A DNA stretch of 64,000 nucleotides from Eledone cirrhosa (Eukaryota). The notes under the pieces are model-generated. The model saw only the letters and a list, made by a program, of their open reading frames with translations, did no database searches and was not told where the DNA came from. The stretch spans positions 47,058,001-47,122,000 of the forward strand of contig OZ024752.1 in NCBI GenBank assembly GCA_964016885.1, in the 5' to 3' direction. The position numbers and the translations under genes are program-made. Of the stretch, positions 24,601 through 37,429 are shown piece after piece (the first letter of the stretch is position 1; every line of letters starts with the position of its first letter).

Positions 24601-25559
24601 TAATGTTTCTTTGCTGTGTACACACATCTTTATTTCATGTTGCTCCAGTACACCCAGAACAAACATTGTATATATATATACTAGATTTAGGTTTAATCAA
24701 TAATTATATGACATTATTTCCAGAAACAACTATATTTACTTACATATTAATTGTTCGGTATATATATACTAAATACTAGTAGTTTCTAAATTAATTTATT
24801 TGTAATGTTTTCTTTGCCATGCACACATACATCTAAGAAACTAAAATTCTCTAGATAAAAAAAATGTATATATATATGTATACATACATCAAACTTCTCT
24901 CTACACACATACAGATACATTCTGTTATATATCTATAAACTTTACTATTTATTGAATTGAACCGGTGACATAAAAATACGTTTACCGTCTTCGTTAATAT
25001 AGGTAGAGACGTTTATAAACGCCATTCACATATCTTCTTCTAAGAAACATGTATATACAGCTACATTTTTTATTATCTTTATTTCTTTCACACATAACGA
25101 AGCATGGCAGCTTTATTTGTTGCACTACTTGAAATGATTATTTAAACGATAGTTTAGCTACTAGTGAGGTATTTCTAATACATATACGCTCACAAAAAAC
25201 AGGGTGTAGGACATTTTTATTATCTTCATATACATTCTTAGTTTCTTTAGAAACTTTATATAGATTCTTAGTTTCTTTCGATAGTTTAGTTTATTTATTA
25301 GTGATGTTGTATTTCTAATACATATACACACACACATAGCTCGCAAAAAGAAGGTGTAGGACATTTTTATTATCTTCATATACATTCTTAGTTTCTTTCG
25401 ATAGTTTATTTATTAGTGATGTATTTCTAACACACATAGCTCACAAAAACAAGAGATACCAAAAAAAAATGTAGTCACAGAAAAGCAACTTGAAATAAAA
25501 TGTCACGTAAAGCCCGGCCTAAGAATCGAACTCAAGACGGTGATTTCACATAAATACTT

Positions 25560-25597
25560 TGCGCATGCGCACTTGTGTCTACATTTGTTGCGCATGC
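25560..25597. promoter_or_regulatory. NRF1-type motifs (mirror 32707-32744)
   Basis: Perfect TGCGCATGCGCA at 25560-25571 and a partial TGCGCATGC at ~25589. Confidence 0.45.
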
Positions 25598-26384
25598 TTA
25601 CCCGGGGTACCTGTTGAGAGAAATAAAATAGTTGCTTGGACAACTTCATATTTTCAAACCTGAATAAAAAACGTTAAAAACTTGGATTTTACTATTTATA
25701 AAAAGGTAAAGTAAAGCTTTTATTGTATGTTTAATTCCTTCCATAATGTCAGCAATAATTAATTAAAGTATAGTTTTGTATTAATAATACACCTTCCACG
25801 GTCATATGAAATAGAATTTAGCGTATTTTTATTTAAAGTGGTAAATAATATATTTCTAGTTCCCTTCATGATATCCTCGTGTTTTGGAGGACTTTCTCAG
25901 CATGTTCCTGTCATAGGTACGACAGATTTCACACTGGTACTGTCACTAGTTTCTATATACATCATGTCTGGAAGGGCCTCCGTGTTGTGATGTGGAGCAA
26001 CCTTCTCAATGACTTGTCTTCCAGTTTCTTTTCCCTAACCTTTTGTCTACTCTGACTGGGGTGTAGTGTCAGTATTTTGTTTTTATTAGATACTGCTCAA
26101 TAAATGTTTATATAATGTCAATATCTTTTCATGACATTGTTTGAGATTTTCTATATTAAATATGTTTATACCCCTGTAAATGTCAGACATACTTTACCAG
26201 TGAAATAATTAAACTGATAGGGTTTCATTGTTAATTTCTGATGGAGTTTACCATGACAGAAGTGACCCGTATCTCTTTCGGTTCTAGCTACTTGAAAGGT
26301 GTCCACCACATGATGTTTGCTATATTATGGTTAGAAATATTAACCAGACTCTTTTGAGATCTGTCATCTTTGGTTTACTACATC

Positions 26385-28586
26385 TACATTCTTAGTTTCT
26401 TTAGAAACTTTATATAGACTCTTAGTTTCTTTCTATACATTCTCAGTTTCTTTAGAAACTATATAGACTCTTAGTTTCTTTCTTTAGAATCTTTGTATAG
26501 ATTCTTAGTTTCTTTCTTTAGAATCTTTATATACATTCTTAGTTTCTTTAGAAACTTTATATAGACTCTTAGTTTCTTTCTTTAGAATCTTTGTATACAT
26601 TCTTAGTTTCTTTAGAAACTTTGTATACATTCTTAGTTTCTTTAGAAACTTTATATAGATTCTTAGTTTCTTTCTTTAGAATCTTTATATACATTCTTAG
26701 TTTCTTTCTTACGAATCTTTATATAGATTCTTAGTTTCTTTAGAAACTTTATATAGACTCTTAGTTTCTTTCTTTAGAATCTTTGTATACATTCTTAGTT
26801 TCTTTAGAATCTTTGTATTCATTCTTAGTTTCTTTAGAAACTTTATATAGATTCTTTCTTACGAATCTTTATATACATTCTTAGTTTCTTTAGAAACTTT
26901 ATATACATTCCTAGTTTCTTTAGAAACTTTATATAGACTCTCAGTTTCTTTCTTTAGAATCTTTGTATACATTCTTAGTTTCTTTAGAAACTTTGTATAC
27001 ATTCTTAGTTTCTTTAGAAACTTTATATAGATTCTTTCTTTAGAATCTTTGTATACATTCTTAGTTTCTTTAGAATCTTTATATAGATTCTTAGTTTCTT
27101 TAGAAACTTTATATAGATTCTTACTTTAGAATCTTTGTATACATTCTTAATTTCTTTAGAAACTTTATTTAGACTCTTAGTTTCTTTAGAATCTTTGTAT
27201 ACATTCTTAGTTTCTTTAGAAACTTTATATAGATTCTTACTTTAGAATCTTTGTATACATTCTTAATTTCTTTAGAAACTTTATATAGACTCTTAGTTTC
27301 TTTCTTACGAATCTTTATATAGATTCTTAGTTTCTTTAGAAACTTTATATAGACTCTTAGTTTCTTTCTTTAGAATCTTTGTATACATTCTTAGTTTCTT
27401 TAGAAACTTTATATAGATTCTTACTTTAGAATCTTTATATAGATTCTTAGTTTCTTTAGAAACTTTATATAGACTCTTAGTTTCTTTCTTACGAATCTTC
27501 ATATAGATTCTTAGTTTCTTTAGAAACTTTATATAGACTCTTAGTTTCTTTCTTTAGAATCTTTGTATACATTCTTAGTTTCTTTAGAAACTTTATATAG
27601 ATTCTTACTTTAGAATCTTTATATAGATTCTTAGTTTCCTTAGAAACTTTATATAGACTCTTAGTTTCTTTCTTACGAATCTTCATATAGATTCTTAGTT
27701 TCTTTAGAAACTTTATATAGACTCTTAGTTTCTTTCTTTAGAATCTTTGTATACATTCTTAGTTTCTTTAGAAACTTTATATAGATTCTTAGTTTCTTTC
27801 TTACGAATCTTTATATAGATTCTTAGTTTCTTTAGAAACTTTATATAGATTCTTACTTTAGAATCTTTATATAGATTCTTAGTTTCTTTAGAAACTTTAT
27901 ATAGACTCTTAGTTTCTTTAGAAACTTTATATAGACTCTTAGTTTCTTTCTTTAGAATCTTTGTATAGATTCTTAGTTTCTTTCTTTAGAATCTTTGTAT
28001 ACATTCTTAGTTTCTTTAGAAACTTTATATAGATTCTTACTTTAGAATCTTTATATAGATTCTTAGTTTCTTTAGAAACTTTATATAGACTCTTAGTTTC
28101 TTTCTTACGAATCTTCATATAGATTCTTAGTTTCTTTAGAAACTTTATATAGTTTCTTTCTTTAGAATCTTTGTATACATTCTTAGTTTCTTTAGAAACT
28201 TTATATAGACTCTTAGTTTCTTTCTTTAGAATCTTTGTATACATTCTTAGTTTCTTTAGAAACTTTATATAGATTCTTACTTTAGAATCTTTATATAGAT
28301 TCTTAGTTTCTTTAGAAACTTTATATAGACTCTTAGTTTCTTTCTTTAGAATCTTTGTATACATTCTTAGTTTCTTTGGAAACTTTATATAGATTCTTAG
28401 TTTCTTTCTTACGAATCTTTATATAGATTCTTTAGAAACTTTATATAGATTCTTAGTTTCTTTAGAAACTTTATATAGACTCTTAGTTTCTTTAGAAACT
28501 TTATATAGACTCTTAGTTTCTTTCTTTAGAAACTTTATATAGATTCTTACTTTAGAATCTTTATATAGATTCTTACGAATCTTCAT
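26385..28586 (-). repeat. Modular satellite, left arm (~2.2 kb)
   Basis: Reverse complement of 26/30/34-bp AAGAATCTATATAAAG(TTTC/ATTC)TAAAG.. modules. A local 184-bp period is visible (ORFs at 27305 and 27489). Confidence 0.96.
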
Positions 28587-28830
28587 GCTTAGTTACCTCC
28601 CTTTATTCAGTTATGTAATGTTTTCCTATAATAAAATTGGAAGAATTAATAAAGTTTAATATTCTTTTTATTGACAACGTTAAATGACTTTCTCTTTACA
28701 GATGTCCAGCCTTCGGGGTTATTTGCTGCTGTCCAACGTGGGAATACGAAGTTTCTGTTAATAAAGAAAGTTAACATGTCATATATGAATTGTGTTCAGT
28801 TTATTTAATATAAGACACTTTATAGATTTT

Positions 28831-31800
28831 AAGAATCTATATAAAGTTTCTAAAGAAACTAAGAATCTATATGAAGATTCGTAAGAAAGAAACTAAGAGT
28901 CTATATAAAGTTTCTAAAGAAATTAAGAATGTATACAAAGATTCTAAAGTAAGAATCTATATAAAGATTCTAAAGAAAGAATCTATATAAAGTTTCTAAA
29001 GAAACTAAGAATGTATACAAAGAGTCTATATAAAGTTTCTAAAGAAACTAAGAATCTATATAAAGATTCGTAAGAGAGAATCTATATAAAGTTTCTAAAG
29101 AAACTAAGAATGTATACAAAGATTCTAAAGAAAGAAACTATATAAAGTTTCTAAAGTAAGAATCTATATAAAGTTTCTAAAGAAACTAAGAATGTATACA
29201 AAGAGTCTATATAAAGTTTCTAAAGAAACTAAGAATCTATATAAAGATTCGTAAGAGAGAATCTATATAAAGTTTCTAAAGAAACTAAGAATGTATACAA
29301 AGATTCTAAAGAAAGAAACTAAGAATCTATATAAAGATTCGTAAGAAAGAAACTAAGAGTCTATATAAAGTTTCTAAAGAAACTAAGAATCTATATAAAG
29401 ATTCTAAAGTAAGAATCTATATAAAGTTTCTAAAGAAACTAAGAATCTATATAAAGTTTCTAAAGAAACTAAGAATGTATACAAAGATTCTAAAGAAAGA
29501 AACTAAGAGTCTATATAAAGTTTCTAAAGAAACTAAGAATCTATATGAAGATTCGTAAGAAAGAAACTAAGAGTCTATATAAAGTTTCTAAAGAAACTAA
29601 GAATCTATATGAAGATTCGTAAGAAAGAAACTAAGAGTCTATATAAAGTTTCTAAAGAAATTAAGAATGTATACAAAGATTCTAAAGTAAGAATCTATAT
29701 AAAGATTCGTAAGAAAGAAACTAAGAGTCTATATAAAGTTTCTAAAGAAACTAAGAATGTATACAAAGATTCTAAAGAAAGAAACTAAGAGTCTATATAA
29801 AGTTTCTAAAGAAACTAAGAATCTATATAAAGATTCTAAAGTAAGAATCTATATAAAGTTTCTAAAGAAACTAAGAATCTATATAAAGATTCGTAAGAAA
29901 GAAATTAAGAGTCTATATAAAGTTTCTAAAGAAACTAAGAATCTATATAAAGTTTCTAAAGAAACTAAGAATGTATACAAAGATTCTAAAGAAAGAAACT
30001 AAGAGTCTATATAAAGTTTCTAAAGAAATTAAGAATGTATACAAAGAATCTATATAAAGATTCGTAAGAAAGAAACTAAGAGTCTATATAAAGTTTCTAA
30101 AGAAACTAAGAATCTATATAAAGATTCTAAAGAAAGAATCTATATAAAGTTTCTAAAGAAACTAAGAATGTATACAAAGATTCTAAAGAAAGAAACTAAG
30201 AGTCTATATAAAGTTTCTAAAGAAACTGAGAATCTATATAAAGATTCTAAAGTAAGAATCTATATAAAGTTTCTAAAGAAACTAAGAATGTATACAAAGA
30301 TTCTAAAGAAAGAAACTAAGAATCTATATAAAGTTTCTAAAGAAACTAAGAATCTATATGAAGATTCGTAAGAAAGAAACTAAGAGTCTATATAAAGTTT
30401 CTAAAGAAACTAAGAATCTATATAAAGATTCTAAAGTAAGAATCTATATAAAGTTTCTAAAGAAACTAAGAATGTATACAAAGATTCTAAAGAAAGAAAC
30501 TAAGAGTCTATATAAAGTTTCGAAAGAAACTAAGAGTCTATATGAAGATTCGTAAGAAAGAAACTAAGAATCTATATAAAGATTCTAAAGTAAGAAGCTA
30601 TATAAAGTTTCTAAAGAAACTAAGAATGTATACAAAGATTCTAAAGAAAGAAACTAAGAATCTATATAAAGATTCGTAAGAAAGAAACTAAGAGTCTATA
30701 TAAAGTTTCTAAAGAAACTAAGAATCTATATAAAGATTCTAAAGTAAGAATCTATATAAAGTTTCTAAAGAAACTAAGAATCTATATAAAGATTCGTAAG
30801 AAAGAAACTAAGAGTCTATATAAAGTTTCTAAAGAAACTAAGAATCTATATAAAGATTCTAAAGTAAGAATCTATATAAAGTTTCTAAAGAAACTAAGAA
30901 TGTATACAAAGATTCTAAAGAAAGAAACTAAGAGTCTATATAAAGTTTCTAAAGAAACCAAGAATCTATATGAAGATTCGTAAGAAAGAAACTAAGAGTC
31001 TATATAAAGTTTCTAAAGAAACTAAGAATCTATATAAAGATTCTAAAGTAAGAATCTACATAAAGTTTCTAAAGAAACTAAGAATCTATATAAAGTTTCT
31101 AAAGAAACTAAGAATCTATATAAAGATTCGTAAGAAAGAAACTAAGAGTCTATATAAAGTTTCTAAAGAAATTAAGAATGTATACAAAGTTTCTAAAGAA
31201 ATTAAGAATGTATACAAAGATTCTAAAGAAAGAAACTAAGAATCTATATAAAGATTCGTAAGAAAGAAACTAAGAGTCTATATAAAGTTTCTAAAGAAAC
31301 TAAGAATCTATATAAAGATTCTAAAGTAAGAATCTATATAAAGTTTCTAAAGAAACAAAGAGTCTATATAAAGTTTCTAAAGAAACTAAGAATCTATATA
31401 AAGATTCGTAAGAAAGAAACTAAGAGTCTATATAAAGTTTCTAAAGAAATTAAGAATGTATACAAAGTTTCTAAAGAAATTAAGAATGTATACAAAGATT
31501 CTAAAGTAAGAATCTATATAAAGATTCGTAAGAAAGAAACTAAGAGTCTATATAAAGTTTCTAAAGAAACTAAGAATCTATATAAAGATTCGTAAGAAAG
31601 AAACTAAGAATGTATATAAAGATTCTAAAGAAAGAAACTAAGAATCTATATAAAGTTTCTAAAGAAACTAAGAATGTATACAAAGTTTCTAAAGAAACTA
31701 AGAATGTATACAAAGATTCTAAAGAAAGAAACTAAGAGTCTATATAAAGTTTCTAAAGAAACTAAGAATGTATATAAAGATTCTAAAGAAAGAAACTAAG

Positions 31801-31919
31801 AATCTATACAAAGATTCTAAAGAAAGAAACTAAGAGTCTATATAGTTTCTAAAGAAACTGAGAATGTATAGAAAGAAACTAAGAGTCTATATAAAGTTTC
31901 TAAAGAAACTAAGAATGTA
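28831..31919 (+). repeat. Modular satellite, right arm (~3.1 kb)
   Basis: AAGAATCTATATAAAGTTTCTAAAGAAACT (30), ..GATTCTAAAGAAAGAAACT or ..GATTCGTAAGAAAGAAACT (34) and ..GATTCTAAAGT (26) modules in shuffled order. Confidence 0.96.
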
Positions 31920-34781
31920 GATGTAGTAAACCAAAGATGACAGATCTCAAAAGAGTCTGGTTAATATTTATAACCATAATATAGCAAACATCATGTGGTG
32001 GACACCTTTCAAGTAGCTAGAACCGAAAGAGATACGGGTCACTTCTGTCATGGTAAACTCCATCAGAAATTAACAATGAAACCCTATCAGTTTAATTATT
32101 TCACTGGTAAAGTATGTCTGACATTTACAGGGGTATAAACATATTTAATATAGAAAATCTCAAACAATGTCATGAAAAGATATTGACATTATATAAACAT
32201 TTATTGAGCAGTATCTAATAAAAACAAAATACTGACACTACACCCCAGTCAGAGTAGACAAAAGGTTAGGGAAAAGAAACTGGAAGACAAGTCATTGAGA
32301 AGGTTGCTCCACATCACAACACGGAGGCCCTTCCAGACATGATGTATATAGAAACTAGTGACAGTACCAGTGTGAAATCTGTCGTACCTATGACAGGAAC
32401 ATGCTGAGAAAGTCCTCCAAAACACGAGGATATCATGAAGGGAACTAGAAATATATTATTTACCACTTTAAATAAAAATACGCTAAATTCTATTTCATAT
32501 GACCGTGGAAGGTGTATTATTAATACAAAACTATACTTTAATTAATTATTGCTGACATTATGGAAGGAATTAAACATAAAATAAAAGCTTTACTTTACCT
32601 TTTTATAAATAGTAAAATCCAAGTTTTTAACGTTTTTTATTCAGGTTTGAAAATATGAAGTTGTCCAAGCAACTATTTTATTTCTCTCAACAGGTACCCC
32701 GGGTAAGCATGCGCAACAAATGTAGACACAAGTGCGCATGCGCAAAGTATTTATGTGAAATCACCGTCTTGAGTTCGATTCTTAGGCCGGGCTTTACGTG
32801 ACATTTTATTTCAAGTTGCTTTTCTGTGACTACATTTTTTTTTGGTATCTCTTGTTTTTGTGAGCTATGTGTGTTAGAAATACATCACTAATAAATAAAC
32901 TATCGAAAGAAACTAAGAATGTATATGAAGATAATAAAAATGTCCTACACCTTCTTTTTGCGAGCTATGTGTGTGTGTATATGTATTAGAAATATAACAT
33001 CACTAATAAATAAACTAAACTATCGAAAGAATTTATATAAAGTTTCTAAGAGAAGAAACTAAGAATGTATATGAAAATAATAAAAATGTCCTACACCCTG
33101 TTTTTTGTGAGCGTATATGTATTAGAAACACCTCACTAGTAGCTAAACTATCGTTTAAATAATCACTTCAAGTAGTGCAACAAATAAAGCTGCCATGCTT
33201 CGTTATGTGTGAAAGAAATAAAGATAATAAAAAATGTAGCTGTATATACATGTTTCTTAGAAGAAGATATGTGAATGGCGTTTATAAACGTCTCTACCTA
33301 TATTAACGAAGACGGTAAACGTATTTTTATGTCACCGGTTCAATTCAATAAATAGTAAAGTTTATAGATATATAACAGAATGTATCTGTATGTGTGTAGA
33401 GAGAAGTTTGATGTATGTATACATATATATATACATTTTTTTTATCTAGAGAATTTTAGTTTCTTAGATGTATGTGTGCACGGCAAAGAAAACATTACAA
33501 ATAAATTAATTTAGAAACTACTAGTATTTAGTATATATATACCGAACAATTAATATGTAAGTAAATATAGTTGTTTCTGGAAATAATGTCATATAATTAT
33601 TGATTAAACCTAAATCTAGTATATATATATACAATGTTTGTTCTGGGTGTACTGGAGCAACATGAAATAAAGATGTGTGTACACAGCAAAGAAACATTAC
33701 ATACCTCTCACAACACGATATTCCAAATGATCTTTTTTCAAAAAACCGGAAGTCAATTAAATTAAGGGGAAGTAACTCTAAATAAAGGGCGATAACTCTA
33801 ATTTAAATATACACCAAAAATCGATTGTTCGCGAGGTCCGGGAACGCAGGCCAGCAAGTAGCCAGCCTGCAAATAGTCCCAGCTGCATAAGCCACGAAGA
33901 CCTCGTAACGATTCGATCTTCAGACACATAGAATGGTCACACCATACATAAGTAGGCAAACGAAGTCCGAACCGCTACGCGCATCGCCGCGCGAAGCCGC
34001 AATTCTACTAAGCAAATTAGTCATACTTATAGGTAAAATTTTATTTATTGTTTTAAAAAAAAAATAGAAACGGAACGAAAGCGAGATGGCACGCCTCAAA
34101 ATATATTCCGGGTGTTACCTCACTCTCATTCCGTTTCTATATATAAATTAATTTAGAAACTACTAGTATTTAGTACATTTATACATAACAATTAATACGT
34201 AAGTAAATATACTTGTTTCTGGAAATAAAAAATGCAAACCGTCCGTCTTATAAGTATAAATTATTGATTATATCTAATTTAGTATATATATAATGTTTAT
34301 TCTATGTTCTTTGGATAGGATGCCCTAACTGGGTGTACTGGAGCAACATGAAATAAAGTTTTTTTTCTTTTAAAAGAACACTTGAGTGTGTTGGCTGCTA
34401 ACTACACAGAAAGAAGTATACAACAGATTTCTTCCAGAGAAGGATAGGATAGAATAAGAATCGTTCCCGGTACTTTCTTTATCGACCTTGACTCAGGAGA
34501 CGAGTATGCAAGTTAAAAGACCCTTCAAACAGTAACAAATTTAGAAGTATGTTGACTGACAACAAGGAAGAGCATATAGAGGCCCAGTGTCTGCTTAGAT
34601 TGCGTTTATATTTAGAAGTATGTTGACTGACAGCAAGCTAGACGAACAGTAAATTTTAATTCTCATTAAATAAAATACCAGTAATCCACTGGAATCAATT
34701 TAATCAATATTTTCTTCACCCTCACGGTTTCTGTCTCTTGTGATTTGAACACACATAGTTATATACATGTGTTCGTCTCTT

Positions 34782-36715
34782 TCATCATCACCGTTTTACG
34801 TCTATTCTTCCACGCTAGCATGGGTTAGACGAGTTGTCCTGTTGTGGGCAGTGTCTGGTCGGCTGACCATGCCTTGCTCATACAGGAACTGATTTGGCTT
34901 GATTTCTACAGCTGGATGCCCTTCCTAACACCAACCTCATTTACAGTGAGTGCTGGGTGCTTTTTCGTGGCGCCTACATGTCCACTTTACAGTGTGGGCT
35001 GGGTGCTTTTTTGCCGTGGCACCTCCACGACCACCCTGCAGTAGGGGGTGTGGGGGCATATTGTCTATATGCTTCAGCTTGTACTCATGGGAGGTCAGGT
35101 ACTCTGTATTACTGCGTGATGCCAGAGGTCACGGTCGTGTGTCATCGCCTTTGAGGTGTAATTGGGTAAGGTCGGCTTTTATCACCTCATCTTGGGTCTC
35201 CCCACTCCGCGGTTTCCATCGACTTCTAGTGCTCTGCACCTTTTTATGCAGCTGTCATCCTTCATACGCATCACATGTCCATACCAGCGCAACCGCCTCT
35301 CCTGCACACAGCATTTGATTCCTCTTATGCTCAGTCTCTCTCTCAATTCATTTATGCTTTGTCGTTTGCGTATATTACTGTTACACATCCATCGGAGCAT
35401 GCAGGCTTCGTTTCTCTCTAATCTACGTAAGTCTTCCACCTTCAGCGCCCAGGTCTCACTACCATGCAACATCGCTGTTCGGATACACGCATCATACAGT
35501 CTGCCTTTCATTTTGAGGGAGAAGCCTTTTGCAGCTAGCAGTGGTAGTAATTCCCTAAACTTCTTCCATCCCGTTCTTATCCTAGTTATTGTACTTTCTG
35601 AACACCCACCTCCACTGCTAATTCGGTCACCTAGGTAGCAGAAGCTGTCTACTGTTTCCACAGAGCCCTCCCAGAGATTGGTGGTACTTGTTCCCTGCTT
35701 GCTGTCCCAGCACAGCTGCTGCATGTGAAGCCTACATTCTTAATTAAGCTTCCTGAGATCCCGCTACATCTCTTGTGTACCCATTGTTTGCATTTGGGGC
35801 AGAGAATGGAGTTCCTACCTACACCTTTCCTACATACTGAGCAAGGCCATTTCCCTGAGGGGATCTGGGTTCTGTTTTCTCGTCTACTTACAAGGACCTT
35901 AGTCTTTGTCATGTTGACTTTGAGACCCTTTCTTTCTAGTTTCTGCTTCCAAGTTTGGAATTTCTTCTCTAGTTCTACCATAGATTCAGCTAAAAGTGCG
36001 AGGTCATCAGCATACAGGAGTTCCCATGGGCATCTGGTCTTAAACTCCTCCGTTATTGCCTGCAGGACTATGATAAACAGGAGGGGGCTAAGAACAGAGC
36101 CCTGGTGGACCCCAACCTGTACGCTAAATTCCTCGCTATACTCATTGCTAATCCTAACTTTGCTGACTGCTCCCCTATACATGGCTTGTACCGCTTTCAC
36201 AAGCCATTCATCTACTCCTAGTTTTCTAAGAGCCCACCAGATTACAGCACGTGGAACTCTGTCAAAGGCTTTCTCAAGGTCGACAAATGCCAGGTAGAGT
36301 GGCTTACTTTTAGCAAGGTACTTTTCCTGTAACTGCCTGACAAGGAAGAGGGCATCAGTGGTGTCTCTTCCTGGTACAAACCCAAATTGCATCTCTAGTT
36401 TCACCCGGTCCCTAATCAACTGTGCTATAACTCTTTCTGTTACTTTCATGACCTGGTCCATCAGCTTTATACCTCTATAGTTTCCTCTATCTAGTGCATC
36501 ACCTTTACCTTTGTAGCAGTTGACAATGAGATGCTACTGCACCAATCTTTTGGTATGACACCTTCTAGTATTACCTGGTTAACAATATGTGTGACCTACA
36601 GACCCAGATGCCTTCAGCATCTCGGCAGCTATACCCGATGGACCGGTTGCCTTCCCCATCTTCATATCTTTGATTGCCTTACTTACTACGTTGCTGCTGG
36701 CCCCTCTATAGGGTC
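34782..36715 (-). mobile_element. RTE-clade LINE, mirror copy, ~250 bp longer at its 5' end
   Basis: Same RT ORFs and same frameshift as 21834-23517. It continues past the palindrome edge into KAIKDMKMGKATGPSGIAAEMLKA. Confidence 0.95.
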
Positions 36716-36918
36716 TACTATATATATATGTATAGATGACAGCTATATCAAAAAGTACAGGGCACTTGGAGTTGAAGGAAACTATGGAAGTGGAAGACCC
36801 AGGAAAATTTGGGATCAAGTGATAAAAGCTGACTTTGCACAATTAAACCTTTTGGGGACATGCTGTACTGCAGAAGACCAGCCCTCCAATGTACACAGGA
36901 TGAAGCAAACATCTAGAG

Positions 36919-37054
36919 CAGGCATGTCAAACATGCGGCCCTTTACAGCGTGAAAATGTTTTATCTTTGTAATATAAAATAAAAAAACTTGTTGTAATGT
37001 GTGCAATTAGTTGTCATGCGTGGCCCTTGGGGGTCCCTCAGTTTGACATGCATG
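36919..37054. mobile_element. hAT MITE with perfect 8-bp TSD
   Basis: ATCTAGAG-CAGGCATGTCAAAC ... GTTTGACATGCATG-ATCTAGAG. Confidence 0.85.
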
Positions 37055-37429
37055 ATCTAGAGGACACTAGGCTGCACTAAACTTCCACACACCTTCCGAC
37101 ATCTTAATATTCATCCATCCCCAGCCTGCATACTCATCATATCTCCACTACACCACCTGTCCAACCCAAAGCTAGACAAGCTCCACATAGGCCACACTAT
37201 AAAGTTGTTGTGCTGATAACAATAAAACACTCAAAGGTGAAACCCAGTGGCACAGCAAAACATCTTAGGGTGAGCGTAACAGTTTACCAACTGTGGTTTT
37301 GATATAGAGTGGAACGGACGTAGACATTAAGAACATCATATCTGTCCACTCCCTTTTCTTTCACTAGGATTGCCTCGGAAACGTAACAAAAGGGTTAAAT
37401 ATGTTTAAAAGAAATGGAAAAACAAAAAC

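Larger units (their letters stand above)
21834..36463. repeat. ~14.6-kb inverted duplication (foldback palindrome)
   Basis: 21834-~26385 is the reverse complement of ~31919-36463 with scattered differences. The inner satellites are in opposite orientation around a unique spacer at ~28587-28830. Confidence 0.96.

Noticed and set aside
25515-25545. tRNA gene (minus-strand GAGTTCGATTC B box)
   Set aside because: No cloverleaf or A box could be built; it is probably a SINE-head fragment. The same applies to the other SINE heads.
27305-31239. Lys-rich ORFs on both strands
   Set aside because: They are translations of the satellite modules.
32362-32448. C2H2 zinc-finger remnant (QYQCEICRTY...)
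   Set aside because: Only CxxC is present, with no correctly spaced His pair or linker, and the frame is short.
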